A stretch of DNA of 64,000 bases from an uncultured delta proteobacterium (GCA_963778115.1 CAVZSV010000005.1:352001-416000); one strand, 5' to 3'; counted from the stretch's first letter, positions 48,081 to 59,655 are shown. Numbers and translations are program-made. Notes: a model not told the origin generated them from the sequence alone.

Positions 48081-49412
48081 TGTGATTTCTGAGCGATTGC
48101 GTCACCCTAATTCCTGAGCGATTTTGTCACCCTCGATGTTTTCTTATCGGTTTTTATCCCGCTTTCCGCAGAGATAAGTCCACCATGACCTGGTACAGAT
48201 CAATGGGCTTGCTTGCGAAGAAAGCCCGCCAGGTAAGGTCCTGGTAGGTCCTAAATTCGATTTTCTGGCGGTAGATGGAGTGTTTTAGCGGAGAGCGAAG
48301 TTCATAGACGATACCGTTCCAGCTCAGGGTGTGGTTACGTTTCACCGTTCGGTACTCTTTGAGGCAAAGCACCTCATGGAGGTCAATCTTCGCGTGCAGA
48401 GGCGTATATCTAGTTTCAGCGTTCTTGGCTGGGACCGTGTTTTTTGGCTTCCAGTAATTAGGCAGAAACTGGTTTTGTAAGTAATCGTTTGCGGCAGGCA
48501 TCCGGTGAATTTTTCTGAGTCGCATTTCTGGAATCAACCGATCCTGAATGGTGTCCCAAGCTCGCTCGATTCTTCCTTTTGCCTCTGGAGAAGTAGCGAC
48601 GATAATCCGAATGCCGAGCTCCGCGGCCGCTCGCTTGAACTGAGTGAAGTGCATTCTTTTCCCACCACCCAGACATCCAGCTCCGTCGACATAGATAGCG
48701 TATGGTATTCCCTTTATCTCGATAATTCTCTGAAGGACCCTCATGCAGTTAATAGTGTCTTCTGATAGAAAAAATTCTCCATAGGGGATGTCACTCGTCG
48801 CATCGTCGATGGCAGCGATCAAACACCACTCATCTTGCCCGTTATACCGATGAGGACTTCCGTCCATCTGAAGTAAAAGGCCCTCACTTTGCATCCTCGT
48901 TCGTCGGTATCTGGCTATCGGTTTCCTCCGCTTCTGACGCTTCACAATCTTCTTCTCGTAACACCAACGTCGAAACGTATCGTACTTTATTTCAATACCG
49001 TGATTGGCTTTGAGCTGCTCGAGACAGTGGTCATGTTGAAATCGAAGTACGTCTTCTCCACCAATTTCATCACCATCGATTTCTGCTCTTCCCCCTTTTT
49101 ATTCCACGGAGTCTTCCCTCGATTTCCGTGGACAGTAGCAAACAGCCCCTTGCTCTCGATCCTTCTCGCAATTCTGCTCACTGTCCGTTCTTTGATCTCT
49201 AGTAACTCTGCCGCCTCCTTACGATTCAGTGTTCCATTCAAAAACTCTGACACGGTTTGGTAAACCAACTGCCCCTGCTTACTCATGTAGATTCCCCCAT
49301 CCTCTCTCACGTTGCCCCCTAACTCATGTTGAATTTCAGGAGGTTAGTTTAGGCCTTAGGGTGACATTTTCGCTGCGTAATTAGGGGGAGACAAAATCGC
49401 TGCGGAGTAACA
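48081..49412 (-). mobile_element. IS1202-family (ISNCY) insertion sequence, 1332 bp, with 16-bp target duplication
   Basis: TGT...ACA ends, each with two internal AGCGA..(T/C)GTC.CCC repeats; TCAGTTTAAGGATTTA at 48065-48080 and 49413-49428. Confidence 0.92.
48154..49286 (-). pseudogene. DDE transposase with one frameshift near 49030
   Basis: N-terminal HTH and HGNRG; LLQMDGSPH, IDDAT, AIYVD and PEAKGRIER motifs; one missing base in ACC-CAC joins the two ORFs. Confidence 0.88.
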
Positions 49413-49441
49413 TCAGTTTAAGGATTTAGCCAAAATTGACG

Positions 49442-50458
49442 ATGGGAAAGAGGGTAAGAGGGTTAAGAAATCCGATGGTTCGTTTCCTGAATAACTTTCT
49501 AAAAAAGACTTATCATAACAATCCCAATTCTACGTTTGGAAAAGCTCTTGGGAAGGCCGTTCAAATTAAGCACGGTAGCTGGACACGTCTTGCGACACTC
49601 AAAAGACAACGTGCTCAAAGATTCGAACTGTATAAAAAATTTAGACCTATAAAGAAAACTCTCCCAATACCTTGTCGTCCCCTCGCCGCTACCGAAATTC
49701 ATGTTCTGACCTGTCACCCGCATGTTTTTATGTGTATTTCGGCATTGAAATCATTTTTGCGATACTTTAACGACCTCGCGATTTCGATCCACGAAGATGG
49801 AAGCTTGACCCGTACCGATAAAAAATTATTGCACCATCATTTGCCGGGAGTTCGCCTGATCGAAAAGAAACTTGCGGATGAGGAAATAGAAAGAAAGTTT
49901 TTGAATTACCCTCACATCCTTAAGTACCGATCGAGTGTTATCAATAGCCTGGAGCTTATCGATCATTTAAGTTCAGTGCGAACGCCTAAGATAATCATTC
50001 TTAATTCGGATGTTCTATTTCTGGAGCGACCAAACGAAGTGATAGATTGGATTGCAGGAAACCAAGAAGGTAATCTCTGCGTGTACGAAGAAACTCCAGA
50101 GGAACAAAATAGTTTTATTAGCCAATTAGGGTTCTCAGCCCCTCCTCATATTACTCTGGGCCTGGTTTGCACGCGCTCTAGTCTCATGGACGCGGAACTA
50201 ATAAATTCTATGCTCCAGTCCTCGATCTCATTTAAACAATGGTATGTCGGACAGAATATTCTTCCTTGTCTCATCGAAAGAGCTTACGGAGTCCAGTCGA
50301 TTCAATTTCTAGATAAGCAGCGTTATCAAGCAAGTGGCGAATTTAGTAACGGAGCAGTCTATCGACACTATTGGACTTCAATTGATAAACTTCGCGAACT
50401 CTATTTCAAAGACGGCCGGAAAGTCATTCAGGACCTGATGAAGGGTCTGGCTCCCTAA
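49442..50458 (+). CDS. GT-A fold glycosyltransferase-like protein
   Basis: ALKSF...IHEDGSL and ILNSDVLF motifs; start uncertain. Confidence 0.6.
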   Translation: MGKRVRGLRNPMVRFLNNFLKKTYHNNPNSTFGKALGKAVQIKHGSWTRLATLKRQRAQRFELYKKFRPIKKTLPIPCRPLAATEIHVLTCHPHVFMCISALKSFLRYFNDLAISIHEDGSLTRTDKKLLHHHLPGVRLIEKKLADEEIERKFLNYPHILKYRSSVINSLELIDHLSSVRTPKIIILNSDVLFLERPNEVIDWIAGNQEGNLCVYEETPEEQNSFISQLGFSAPPHITLGLVCTRSSLMDAELINSMLQSSISFKQWYVGQNILPCLIERAYGVQSIQFLDKQRYQASGEFSNGAVYRHYWTSIDKLRELYFKDGRKVIQDLMKGLAP

Positions 50459-50464
50459 GCAAAT

Positions 50465-51160
50465 CTATTTAAGCGCGGTAAAGATACGATGGACATCATC
50501 GTTATCGTCCAAACCATTCAAAAAGGCTTCGATCTCTGGCTTATCAGTTGCTGGTACTTCCACGGGATCTTTCGCCACATAGGCGAATTCAGAATGGGTG
50601 ATTTGCCAACCCATGTCGTGCAAAGCTTTGGTGACCGCGATGAGATCCGCCTTTTCGCAAATAAATTGGGCGCCATCCTCGGTCTTTTCCACTTCTTGAG
50701 CGCCTGCCTCAATCGCGGCCTCTTCCAAATCCATAGCGGTGTGGGGGTGGCTCGCTACTATCATGCCCACGTGGTTAAACAGATACGTGACTGAGCCGGT
50801 GGCGCCCAGGCTGCCTTTTCGAAATAGGGCCCTAATGTCGGCAGACGTTCGGTTGCGATTCTCAGTGAGGCACTCAACGATAAGAGGGACCTTGTGGGGG
50901 GTGAAACCTTCGTAGGTTACTATTTCATAATTAACCGGCTCTAGTAAACCAGCGCCCTTTTTTATCCCGCGCTCTATATTTTCCCGAGGGACAGACTGCT
51001 TCTTGGCCGATTCAATAGCCGCACGCAGCTTGGCATTGTTAGCAGGGTCAGGATCACCGGCCTTGGTAGCGATGATAATCTCTTTGACCGCCTTACTAAT
51101 GATCTGACCGCGCTTTGAGGAGTTCTCAACTCGCCCTTTCTGCTTCCACTGCGCACCCAT
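50465..51160 (-). CDS. yebC: YebC/PmpR family protein
   Basis: GDPDPANNAKLR, YEG, ECLTENRNRT and DDNDDV motifs. Confidence 0.93.
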   Translation of the reverse strand: MGAQWKQKGRVENSSKRGQIISKAVKEIIIATKAGDPDPANNAKLRAAIESAKKQSVPRENIERGIKKGAGLLEPVNYEIVTYEGFTPHKVPLIVECLTENRNRTSADIRALFRKGSLGATGSVTYLFNHVGMIVASHPHTAMDLEEAAIEAGAQEVEKTEDGAQFICEKADLIAVTKALHDMGWQITHSEFAYVAKDPVEVPATDKPEIEAFLNGLDDNDDVHRIFTALK

Positions 51161-51251
51161 TACGATAGTCTCCTTTATTTGCCCTTTACTTAGAAGACGC
51201 ACTCTACCAAAGGGTGGCAAAAATACAAAGGGGGGCTTATCGAAGCTTCCT

Positions 51252-51782
51252 CTACAGACTTGCCCTGTCCAGCACAAATGCAATCCGCTCTTGTAGTGGG
51301 ATCTTGGGCACTATGATAGGTCGGTATCCGAAATCGACGTAAGCTTTATAAATCGTCTCCGCCATCCTAATAGCCTCGGCTTCAGATTCCACTCGAGCAT
51401 AATCGTTTTGAAAGCCCACACTCTGCAAAAAAAAGACGTTCCTATATTGAAAACGGTGGCCGGCCACCACTTCGGGACGGGGTAATCCGTAAGCGCAGCT
51501 ATCGGGGATTCCCCTATCAATGAAGATAGGCATTTGGGGGCTGCGTAGGTTTTCATAGGCTATCTTGTGTTTTAGTATTTCTCGTTGAAGGGCCAAGTTG
51601 TCTTTGCGAATTTCTGCCATCGAAAGGCCTTCGCTTATCTTGTGATCCATCAAAAGCCTAGCCGCCTCCGGAATGACGGAATGGCCTAGAGCGGATAGGG
51701 CCACACAGAGGGAGGTCTTTCCGGCACTAGCCCCGCCCGTAATGACATTCCATGACGTTGGTATTGGGGTTGAATTTGCCAC
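51252..51782 (-). CDS. NadR/AAA_28-type P-loop ATPase
   Basis: ITGGASAGKTS, PEAAR, FIDRG.PD and D..R.E motifs. Confidence 0.85.
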   Translation of the reverse strand: MANSTPIPTSWNVITGGASAGKTSLCVALSALGHSVIPEAARLLMDHKISEGLSMAEIRKDNLALQREILKHKIAYENLRSPQMPIFIDRGIPDSCAYGLPRPEVVAGHRFQYRNVFFLQSVGFQNDYARVESEAEAIRMAETIYKAYVDFGYRPIIVPKIPLQERIAFVLDRASL

Positions 51783-51806
51783 ATTCAGTGGTAAACCATT
51801 CCCACC

Positions 51807-52391
51807 ATGCGACGACAACTGCTTATTTACTCTTGCTTAGCCATTTACTCGATTGTTCTGCCCCTACAGGCCGCTACTTACACAGATAAAGAGAAAGGGT
51901 TCTCTTTGGAATATAACGACACGCTGTGGCGTGTAGTGCCCAAGAGTACCGAGAAAAAGACGGCCGCCGATGTGGATATGGAGATGGCAAAACGGACACT
52001 GGTCACGCTAGAGAGGATCCCTTCTGACGACAAATACCATACGCGCTTTAGCGTCGTAATAGACGATTTGAAAAAATACGAAGGCAATCCGCTCGTGCAA
52101 CTTACGAAATACTACAAAGACGCTTTAGAATTTCTAAAAAATCAAAGATTTCGCATCTTGTCCACGGATCCAACTAAGCTTCCCAAGGTGAGTGAGCCCG
52201 CTTTTGAAATTGTAGCGACTCAGAGGGATTTTGGATTGACCACCCGACAACTGATTATTGTTCATGAGAAGCAAGCTTACCTATTAACCGCTTCCACGCG
52301 AAACACGGTGTTCGACGCTCAAAAGGCCGAGCTAGCGGCCGTTTTTGATTCTTTCGCCTTCTCCTCGCCCACCGCTAAAGCTGCCCCGTAA
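51807..52391 (+). CDS. Secreted PsbP/DcrB-like protein
   Basis: Signal peptide; YTD...GFSL.Y...W and AYLLT.S...F......FDSF pattern. Confidence 0.6.
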   Translation: MRRQLLIYSCLAIYSIVLPLQAATYTDKEKGFSLEYNDTLWRVVPKSTEKKTAADVDMEMAKRTLVTLERIPSDDKYHTRFSVVIDDLKKYEGNPLVQLTKYYKDALEFLKNQRFRILSTDPTKLPKVSEPAFEIVATQRDFGLTTRQLIIVHEKQAYLLTASTRNTVFDAQKAELAAVFDSFAFSSPTAKAAP

Positions 52392-53563
52392 CCTTCGAGG
52401 GTACTAGCCAGGTGCCTTTCCGTGGAGAAGCGCTCTTTCATCATCCGTGGTCCTTCTTCTTTCATGCGATTACAGAGTGCTTCATTCTTTAGAAGAGTAA
52501 CAATCGCTTCCGCGATGGCCGATTCCGACGAGGGACAGATAATTCCGTTTCTTCCGTCCTCGATGATCTCAGTCAGGGCAGGCATTTTGGTCACGACAAC
52601 CGGCGCTCCCAGCATCGACGCTTCGGCGACAGAAAGTCCGAATGGCTCAGGCCCCAGATTGGTTTGGACGAAGACTTTGCAACTCTTCATTAAATTTTGC
52701 ACCCGCTGGTAAGCGACTCTACCCATTAGGACAACGCGGGAGTGTAGTCCCAGCGTTCCAATTTGTTCTCGAAGTTTGGTTTCCAAAGAGCCCGTACCGG
52801 CCACCCAGAGGGTCCACGGCTCGCTTTCGATTCTTTTAAGCGAACGGATGAGAAGGTCGATCCCTTTATGATTTTCCAAGCGTGCCGCGCAGAAAATTAA
52901 ATTATTGGGCAGTTCCTTCTCTATCTCGGCCGATAGGGAAAGGATGGGATTATAGACGACTCGAAGTTTTTCTTCTGGCCATCCATCGATGAGGAAAGCT
53001 TGTTTTACATATTCGCTTATTGCGAAAATGAATTTGGCTTTTGACAGACTCCTTTTTCGTAATTGGAGATCGGCGATGGCAACCGAACGAGCTCTTAGGC
53101 CATTAAAGCCAGAAAGGCACTGCTGTTTTTTATGATGGCTAAGACAACTCCAGCCGCTAGGATACTGACAACTTCCCCCAGAGAGAATCGTTCGGCCACT
53201 AGCCGGACAGGTGGGGGATACTAAATGTGCCGTCAACACGACCGGATAGGTCTCACAAAGCCGCGCCATCATCCGATAGTCACCCAGCTCCAAAAGGTGA
53301 ACAATGTCTGGTTTCCAATTCGCTAATGTCTTCGTCATCTGAGTGATCAATTGTCGTACGTGAAAGGGAGAGGAGAGAATCCCCTGGCCGTAGAGTCCAG
53401 GTATCGCTTGCACCCCTTCCACTTTAGGCACTTCACCTGAGATCTTTTCGCCAAAAAGAAACACTTGATGACCAGCCGCGCGCAGTAGACGAACCGAATT
53501 GGCGAGCACACGTTCGGTGCCGAAACCTTCCCCCAATTCTCCATTCATCATGACAATGCGCAT
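52319..53563 (-). CDS. Glycosyltransferase family 4
   Basis: G.GTE, ARLENHKG and EPFGLSVAEA motifs. Confidence 0.9.
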   Translation of the reverse strand: MRIVMMNGELGEGFGTERVLANSVRLLRAAGHQVFLFGEKISGEVPKVEGVQAIPGLYGQGILSSPFHVRQLITQMTKTLANWKPDIVHLLELGDYRMMARLCETYPVVLTAHLVSPTCPASGRTILSGGSCQYPSGWSCLSHHKKQQCLSGFNGLRARSVAIADLQLRKRSLSKAKFIFAISEYVKQAFLIDGWPEEKLRVVYNPILSLSAEIEKELPNNLIFCAARLENHKGIDLLIRSLKRIESEPWTLWVAGTGSLETKLREQIGTLGLHSRVVLMGRVAYQRVQNLMKSCKVFVQTNLGPEPFGLSVAEASMLGAPVVVTKMPALTEIIEDGRNGIICPSSESAIAEAIVTLLKNEALCNRMKEEGPRMMKERFSTERHLASTLEGYGAALAVGEEKAKESKTAASSAF

Positions 53564-53664
53564 GAAAATTCTCCTGGTACTAAGGATTGTAACATGAGCC
53601 CCACTCGCGGTTCAGTGGTGTGGAAACGCCAATCGGTGGTAAAATGCACTGGCGACGGTCCATA

Positions 53665-54918
53665 ATGCCAATTACCTCCCCAAATAGCGCCACCTCTTCG
53701 ACATCGCCACCATCGTCGATCGATATCGCCGTGGGGGGAAGATTTCATGCCGATCGCATGGCGGAAGCCTTTTTGGCTGCTAACCACTCGGTCAATCTGT
53801 TTACGAGCTACCCAAAATCTCGCTTTCCTAAGATCGACGGCAAGCGAATTCATCGTTTCTTGGTACCCGAAGCCCTCTACCGAGGCACTAAGCGACTGGG
53901 GCATGAGAGGCTGGGCGAGCAGCTAAAGATGATAGGTTTTGGCGGCTGGCTCGCTAGCCGCGCCCGCTTTCGTCCCCAGGAAAGTGACTTCACACTGGTG
54001 TGGTCTTCTTTTGCCAAAGAGATTTTTGAAACTCTGACTCGAAGTCATAAGATTTTAGTCAGAGATTCGACTCATATCATTCACCAATGCGATGTCTTGG
54101 CGAACGAGTACGGAAATCTTAATATCGATTATTCACCTGACATTCTTTGCGTGAACCGAGAGCTGGCCGAATATCGAAATGCCGATTCCATTTTTGTGCT
54201 TTCTCAATTCGCTAAGCAGACTTTCGTCTCACGCGGCACACCAGCCGAAAAGATTCGAGTGGGATCGCTCGGCGTGGATATGGCGCTTTTCCATCCACGA
54301 GCTGACATCACTCCAGCACTTCCTCTTAAAGTAGTCTATTTCGGGACGATCTCAGTGAGAAAGGGAATCCATTATCTTTTAGAGGCGATACGCAAACTTT
54401 CTCGAAACCAGGTCAGACTGACTTTAATAGGACCCGTGGAAGAGAACTTTCGGCCGATTTTGGCGCGTTATCCCGACGTCACTCACGTAAATCCCATGCC
54501 CCATTCCCGTCTGGCGCCTTTAATAGCCCTCCATGATGTCTACGCTTTTCCCTCTCTCGAAGATGGATTTCCCAATACCTTAGTGCAAGCGATGGCAGCC
54601 GGGCTTGTTCCGGTAACCACTTCCGAATGTGGGCCTGCGGAACTTATTACCCACGGCGTGAATGGCCAGATCATTCCCTCAAGAAGTTTTGAAGCCATCG
54701 CGCAAACGCTTTCAAACCTAGCCGGTTCTCCCGACACCTTAATTGAAATGAAACGAAAAGTGGCTCAATTGGTTAAAGATCTGACTTGGGAGAACTACGC
54801 CAAGGCTTTAAACGAATGGGTGGAACAGGCGAAACTTCCCAAGACTTTACTAAAACCACCTAGAGAGTCGACTCGTTTGGACGACGGTATTTCTCAAATC
54901 GAAGCGAACGAATTTTAG
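53665..54918 (+). CDS. Glycosyltransferase family 4
   Basis: GTISVRKG and FPSLEDGFPNTLVQAMAAGLVPV motifs. Confidence 0.9.
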   Translation: MPITSPNSATSSTSPPSSIDIAVGGRFHADRMAEAFLAANHSVNLFTSYPKSRFPKIDGKRIHRFLVPEALYRGTKRLGHERLGEQLKMIGFGGWLASRARFRPQESDFTLVWSSFAKEIFETLTRSHKILVRDSTHIIHQCDVLANEYGNLNIDYSPDILCVNRELAEYRNADSIFVLSQFAKQTFVSRGTPAEKIRVGSLGVDMALFHPRADITPALPLKVVYFGTISVRKGIHYLLEAIRKLSRNQVRLTLIGPVEENFRPILARYPDVTHVNPMPHSRLAPLIALHDVYAFPSLEDGFPNTLVQAMAAGLVPVTTSECGPAELITHGVNGQIIPSRSFEAIAQTLSNLAGSPDTLIEMKRKVAQLVKDLTWENYAKALNEWVEQAKLPKTLLKPPRESTRLDDGISQIEANEF

Positions 54919-54927
54919 GAGATCCTC

Positions 54928-56168
54928 ATGTCAGAGGCCTTGGGTAGTTCGAGCGTTGACTTTAGCCCCCGAGGAAAGCTTCTTGCACTTCGCCTATTCC
55001 GGCTTGGGCATATTCCGCCTGCTCAGTATGGAACCCAAATTTTATTCGAAAAGGGAGTTCCCGTCCTAGTCGCCGAGTTCGGCCATATTTCCGAAAAGCA
55101 GTTAACCGTGGCGGGTTCTCCCCCAAGAATCCGGATCCAGGCCCGATGGGTGGGACTGTTGCCGCGCAAGCTTGCCCCTTATCTTCTTTTTCTAAATGCT
55201 TTCTTTCAATTGGCGTTTAGATTCGTCATCCAAGGTCGTCCCGCTCATCTCATCGCTCACGGAGTGCAAGAGGAATGTCTGGCGGGCCTTCTTAGCTTTT
55301 TTTCCGGATTAAATTTTCTGTCCACGTTCACGAAGCCTACGATCCGAAAGATCTCGATAATTTTAACCGTTTTCTACACGCTTTAGGTAGCCGCCTCCTA
55401 AAAAAAGCTCAGATACTTATCTTTCCCGAAAAACAGAGAGCCGAACTTTATCGTCGCCGCTACCATCTAGTGCGCCCATACCATGTCGTTTTTAACTGCC
55501 CCCGACTTCGCACACGAACTCCCGGATTCGATGTCAAAAGACAGCTAGGAATCCCGGATTCCGCTATCACCCTGGCTTATATGGGCGGTATTGGAAAGAT
55601 GAACTGTTTGGAAGAGGCGATCTTAGCTCTGGCCGAGGTTCCTCAAGTCTATTTTTTAATCTGGGGATGGGCAGAGAAGAGTTACGTAGCAAGCTTAAAG
55701 TTGCTAGCTTCGCAATGGGGTGTCGAAAAGCGAGTTCTTTTTTTGGGGCAAATTAACGAAGCCAAATGGGAGACCCTAGATAGTTGTGACATCGGCTACT
55801 GCGTTTATCGCCCCGAAAAGCTTAGATTGGTTCATGCGGCAACGGCTTCCAACAAATTGATGGAATCTCTGGCTAGCGGACTTCCTGTAATTACACGAGG
55901 AACCGCCGATTTCAAAGACATCGTCGAGAAGTACCAAGCTGGCCTGTGCCTTGCCGAACTTTCGACAGCGGCTATCGTAACGACACTGAGAAGTCTTGCG
56001 AATAATCCCATGCTACGCAAACGAATGGGGGACAATGGAGTCAGGGCCCACCGAGAATTTCTCAATTATGAATACCAGTTCGCCCCGGTCGTTAAAGCGA
56101 TCTCTTTCTGGGTTCCCATCACCCCCTCGCCCATCGCTCAAAATCCCCGGATTGCGATTCCTGTCTAA
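54928..56168 (+). pseudogene. Glycosyltransferase family 4, frameshifted at a T7 run (55297-55303)
   Basis: Adding one T joins ORF 54928-55386 to 55470-56168 (..VHVHEAY..); SNKLMESLASGLPVI motif. Confidence 0.85.
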
Positions 56169-56216
56169 AAGAGAGGTCGATTGGAGAAATCGCCCAAGAT
56201 CTGTTAACTAGTAGGC

Positions 56217-57296
56217 GTGGAAACTACTAATTTTATGCGGGAAGCGCTTTCGGAGGCGTCCAAGAGAAGGGGCTATTGTGCGCCCAATCCGGCCGTCGGA
56301 GCGGTGTTAGTTCGAGACGGACGGATCATCGCGGCTGGCCATCATTGGGCGGCGGGAAGACCTCACGCTGAAGTCGAAGTGCTCTCCAATCCCTCTGTAG
56401 ATGCGACTCAATCTACCCTTTACGTCACACTCGAACCTTGTTGCCACTGGGGGAAAACTCCTCCGTGCACCCAACTCATTATTCAAAGAAAGGTCGGCAA
56501 GGTCGTCTACGGATTCTCGGATCCCAACCCCAAGGTTTCCGGAGGCGGTATCCGTGAATTAAGGGAAAGCGGAATTGAATGTGAAAAGCTAACCCTTCCC
56601 GAGATTGACGATTTTTATCGAAGTTACGCCTACTGGACGGTCACCGGACGCCCCTTCGTAACGGCAAAACTGGCTTTGACTCTCGACGGCCGCATTGCCG
56701 AAAAAAGTGGCAAGCCCGTTCAGATTTCAGAAGCGAGTTTACAAAAATTCACCCATGAGGGGCGCCGACGTTCTGATGCTTTACTCACGAGCGCCCAAAC
56801 GCTAATCGCCGATAACCCGAAACTAAACGTTCGCATTGACGCCGTCCCTGAGAAAAAAACTCTTTTCGTCCTGGACAGACATTTACGAACGCCCCTGTCG
56901 CTTCAAATTTTTGATACCGCCGAACGCATCACCTTCTTGCATTCGGGGGATGCGCTACCCTCGGCAAAGGAGCGGCTTTTGCAGACGGGGGCTCGCTGCG
57001 TCCAGATGCCTAGCTTAGCATCAGGCCTTTGCTGGGAGGCCGTATTGGAGTTCATTGGCTCGGAAGGCTTCCATGATATATGGGTAGAAGCGGGCGGTAA
57101 GCTCTTTGCGTCGCTAGCCTCGTCAGGATACCTAAACCGGGCCTATCTCTATGTGGCCCCTAGACTGATGGGAAGCCTGGGTTTGGAAGCCTTTGCCGAT
57201 GGCCCCGTCCCCGATTTAACGACGGCCACTCGGGTGAGCTGGAGTCAAAAGGGTGACATCGATGCCTTGTGTCAAATAGACTGGGATCTGAAATAA
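56217..57296 (+). CDS. ribD: Bifunctional riboflavin deaminase/reductase
   Basis: PNPAVGA, HAE, TLEPCCHWGKTPPC and VEAG motifs. Confidence 0.96.
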   Translation: METTNFMREALSEASKRRGYCAPNPAVGAVLVRDGRIIAAGHHWAAGRPHAEVEVLSNPSVDATQSTLYVTLEPCCHWGKTPPCTQLIIQRKVGKVVYGFSDPNPKVSGGGIRELRESGIECEKLTLPEIDDFYRSYAYWTVTGRPFVTAKLALTLDGRIAEKSGKPVQISEASLQKFTHEGRRRSDALLTSAQTLIADNPKLNVRIDAVPEKKTLFVLDRHLRTPLSLQIFDTAERITFLHSGDALPSAKERLLQTGARCVQMPSLASGLCWEAVLEFIGSEGFHDIWVEAGGKLFASLASSGYLNRAYLYVAPRLMGSLGLEAFADGPVPDLTTATRVSWSQKGDIDALCQIDWDLK

Positions 57297-57305
57297 GAGG
57301 AGCGG

Positions 57306-57908
57306 ATGTTTACTGGAATCGTAGACCATTGCGGAACGATAACAAATTTGGAAAAGACCGAAGGCGGAGTCCGATTGGCGATTGCGACCACTTTTAAGGA
57401 TCTCAAAGAAGGGGAGAGTATCTCTGTCGACGGAGCGTGTCTGACGGTCGTGCGTCCGAGGGATGGAGTGTTCTTTTGCGAGCTTTCACCCGAAACTCTT
57501 AACGTCACTTCGGCAAAAGGCTACGAAAAGAATTCCCAAGTTAACTTGGAAAGAGCGCTTTGTCTTGGAGATCGCATGGGAGGTCATTGGGTGACAGGGC
57601 ACGTGGACACCACGGCCTTTGTCGAGAGCTCAAGTGCCAGTGCCGAATTTTGGAAGCTAAACATCGCAGGGCTAAGCTCCGATCAGATGAGGTTTATCCA
57701 TCGCAAAGGAAGTATTGCGATTCAAGGAGTAAGCCTCACGATTAATGATGTAGCGGCTAAGGGTTTTTCGGTGATGCTGATTCCCCATACGTTGAAGCTT
57801 ACGAATCTGGATCAGTTAAAGCCCCAGAGTCTTGTAAATCTGGAATTTGATTGGATGGTCAAAGTGGTCCTCAATGAGGCCCAGCGACTTAGTGTACTTT
57901 CGCGGTAA
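57306..57908 (+). CDS. ribE: Riboflavin synthase (alpha chain)
   Basis: MFTGIV, GACLT, VNLERA and [10 protein letters not shown] motifs. Confidence 0.96.
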   Translation: MFTGIVDHCGTITNLEKTEGGVRLAIATTFKDLKEGESISVDGACLTVVRPRDGVFFCELSPETLNVTSAKGYEKNSQVNLERALCLGDRMGGHWVTGHVDTTAFVESSSASAEFWKLNIAGLSSDQMRFIHRKGSIAIQGVSLTINDVAAKGFSVMLIPHTLKLTNLDQLKPQSLVNLEFDWMVKVVLNEAQRLSVLSR

Positions 57909-57931
57909 CGTACTTTTTTTTGGAGAAAAGA

Positions 57932-59137
57932 ATGAGCACAGGATCTCTTTCAAGTATCGAAGACGTCGTTGCCGATCTCAAAGCGGGCAAGATGATTATT
58001 CTGGTCGATGATGAAGACCGGGAGAACGAAGGAGATCTAGTCCTTGCCGCTGAAAAGACAACGCCAGAAGCGATTAACTTCATGGCTAGGTATGCCCGAG
58101 GGCTTATCTGCTTAAGTTTGACTCAACAGACCGTTGATCACTTAAAGATTCCCATGATGGTAGAGCAGAATTCCTCGCGCTTTAACACGGCCTTTACGGC
58201 CTCCATCGAGGCTGCCCACGGAGTGACTACCGGAATTTCGGCTCATGACAGAGCTCATACCGTCATGACCGCCATCGATTCCAATAGCCTTCCCAGGGAT
58301 ATCGTTATGCCGGGGCACATTTTTCCGTTGCGGGCTAAAGAAGGCGGGGTCTTGGTACGAGCCGGGCAAACCGAGGGAAGTGTGGATCTTGCGAAACTGG
58401 CCGGGCTAAAGCCTGCTGCCGTTATCTGTGAAATCATGAACGACGATGGCACCATGGCGCGGATGCCGGACCTGATTCCTTTCGCCAAACAGCACGGCCT
58501 TCGGATCGCAGCCATTAACGACCTCATCGCCTATCGAATGCATAATGAGTGTCTGGTGAAAGAGGTGAGTTCCGCTCTGCTTCCCATGGAGTTTGGTGAT
58601 TTCCAAATCAAAGTATTCGAAAGTTTAATAGACCAGACTCATCACGTAGCTCTTATTCGTGGAGAGCTAAGTCCTGACAAACCGACTCTGGTGCGAGCTC
58701 ACTCGGAATGCTTAACCGGTGACACTTTAGGATCTTCGCGCTGCGACTGTGGGTGGCAACTAAGAAGTTCGCTTAGCCAAATTGGAGCACAAGGGGGAGT
58801 TCTTCTTTACATGAGGCAAGAAGGGCGGGGGATTGGACTTGCGAATAAGATTAAAGCGTACGCTCTTCAGGATCAGGGGTTAGATACCGTCGAGGCCAAC
58901 CACCGGTTGGGATTCAAAGAGGATCAACGAGATTACGGTATTGGATCGCAAATCCTTCGTTTCTTGGGCATCACCAAAATGCGACTGCTGACCAACAATC
59001 CCCGAAAGATCTACGGCCTGGGAGGTTTTGGTATCGAAATCGTCGAAAGAGTGGCTATCGAGATGACTCCGACACAAGGAAATATTGACTATCTAAAGAC
59101 GAAGAGAGAAAAGCTTGGCCATCTACTCACCTTTTAA
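57932..59137 (+). CDS. ribBA: Bifunctional DHBP synthase / GTP cyclohydrolase II
   Basis: [30 protein letters not shown] and LLTNNPRK motifs. Confidence 0.97.
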   Translation: MSTGSLSSIEDVVADLKAGKMIILVDDEDRENEGDLVLAAEKTTPEAINFMARYARGLICLSLTQQTVDHLKIPMMVEQNSSRFNTAFTASIEAAHGVTTGISAHDRAHTVMTAIDSNSLPRDIVMPGHIFPLRAKEGGVLVRAGQTEGSVDLAKLAGLKPAAVICEIMNDDGTMARMPDLIPFAKQHGLRIAAINDLIAYRMHNECLVKEVSSALLPMEFGDFQIKVFESLIDQTHHVALIRGELSPDKPTLVRAHSECLTGDTLGSSRCDCGWQLRSSLSQIGAQGGVLLYMRQEGRGIGLANKIKAYALQDQGLDTVEANHRLGFKEDQRDYGIGSQILRFLGITKMRLLTNNPRKIYGLGGFGIEIVERVAIEMTPTQGNIDYLKTKREKLGHLLTF

Positions 59138-59167
59138 GGTGCCCTACTAACGGAGAGTTTAATTTTC

Positions 59168-59644
59168 ATGAAAGTGATTGATGCAAAAAACAGCGCCAAA
59201 GACGGGCGTTCCCCTTTTAACGTGGCTATTGTGGTTAGCCGCTTCAACAGTGAAGTCACCGAAAAATTATTCGCTGGCGCAAAGGGCCGCTTGAAGGAGT
59301 TGGGATTTGGTGCCGATGAGGTGACGGCCTGTTACGTTCCAGGTGCCATTGAAATTCCACTAGCAGCACAACGGCTGGCCCAAATTGGCGTCTATGACGC
59401 GATTATTTGTCTGGGAGCCGTCATTCGAGGAGAGACCGGACACTACGATTATGTCTGTGAACAGGTGAGCCAGGGATGCCAACACGTTGCTTTACAAAAC
59501 GACCTTCCCGTCGTCTTCGGAGTGCTTACGACCGATAATGAAGCCCAAGCCATGGAGCGTGCCGGAGGGTCTCATGGCAATAAAGGGATCGACGCCGTCG
59601 ACACCGCGGTCGAGATGGTGGCAGTTCTTAGACAGATAGTTTAA
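59168..59644 (+). CDS. ribH: 6,7-dimethyl-8-ribityllumazine synthase
   Basis: VSRFN, VPGAIEIP, GAVIRGET and NKG motifs. Confidence 0.97.
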   Translation: MKVIDAKNSAKDGRSPFNVAIVVSRFNSEVTEKLFAGAKGRLKELGFGADEVTACYVPGAIEIPLAAQRLAQIGVYDAIICLGAVIRGETGHYDYVCEQVSQGCQHVALQNDLPVVFGVLTTDNEAQAMERAGGSHGNKGIDAVDTAVEMVAVLRQIV

Positions 59645-59655
59645 GAGCTTTTCCC

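Noticed and set aside
48040..48085. dif/Xer site as IS target
   Set aside because: No XerC/XerD consensus near the insertion; Xer-targeting IS1202 members make short duplications.
56168..56217. FMN riboswitch before the rib operon
   Set aside because: Only 48 nt of intergenic space and no RFN motifs.
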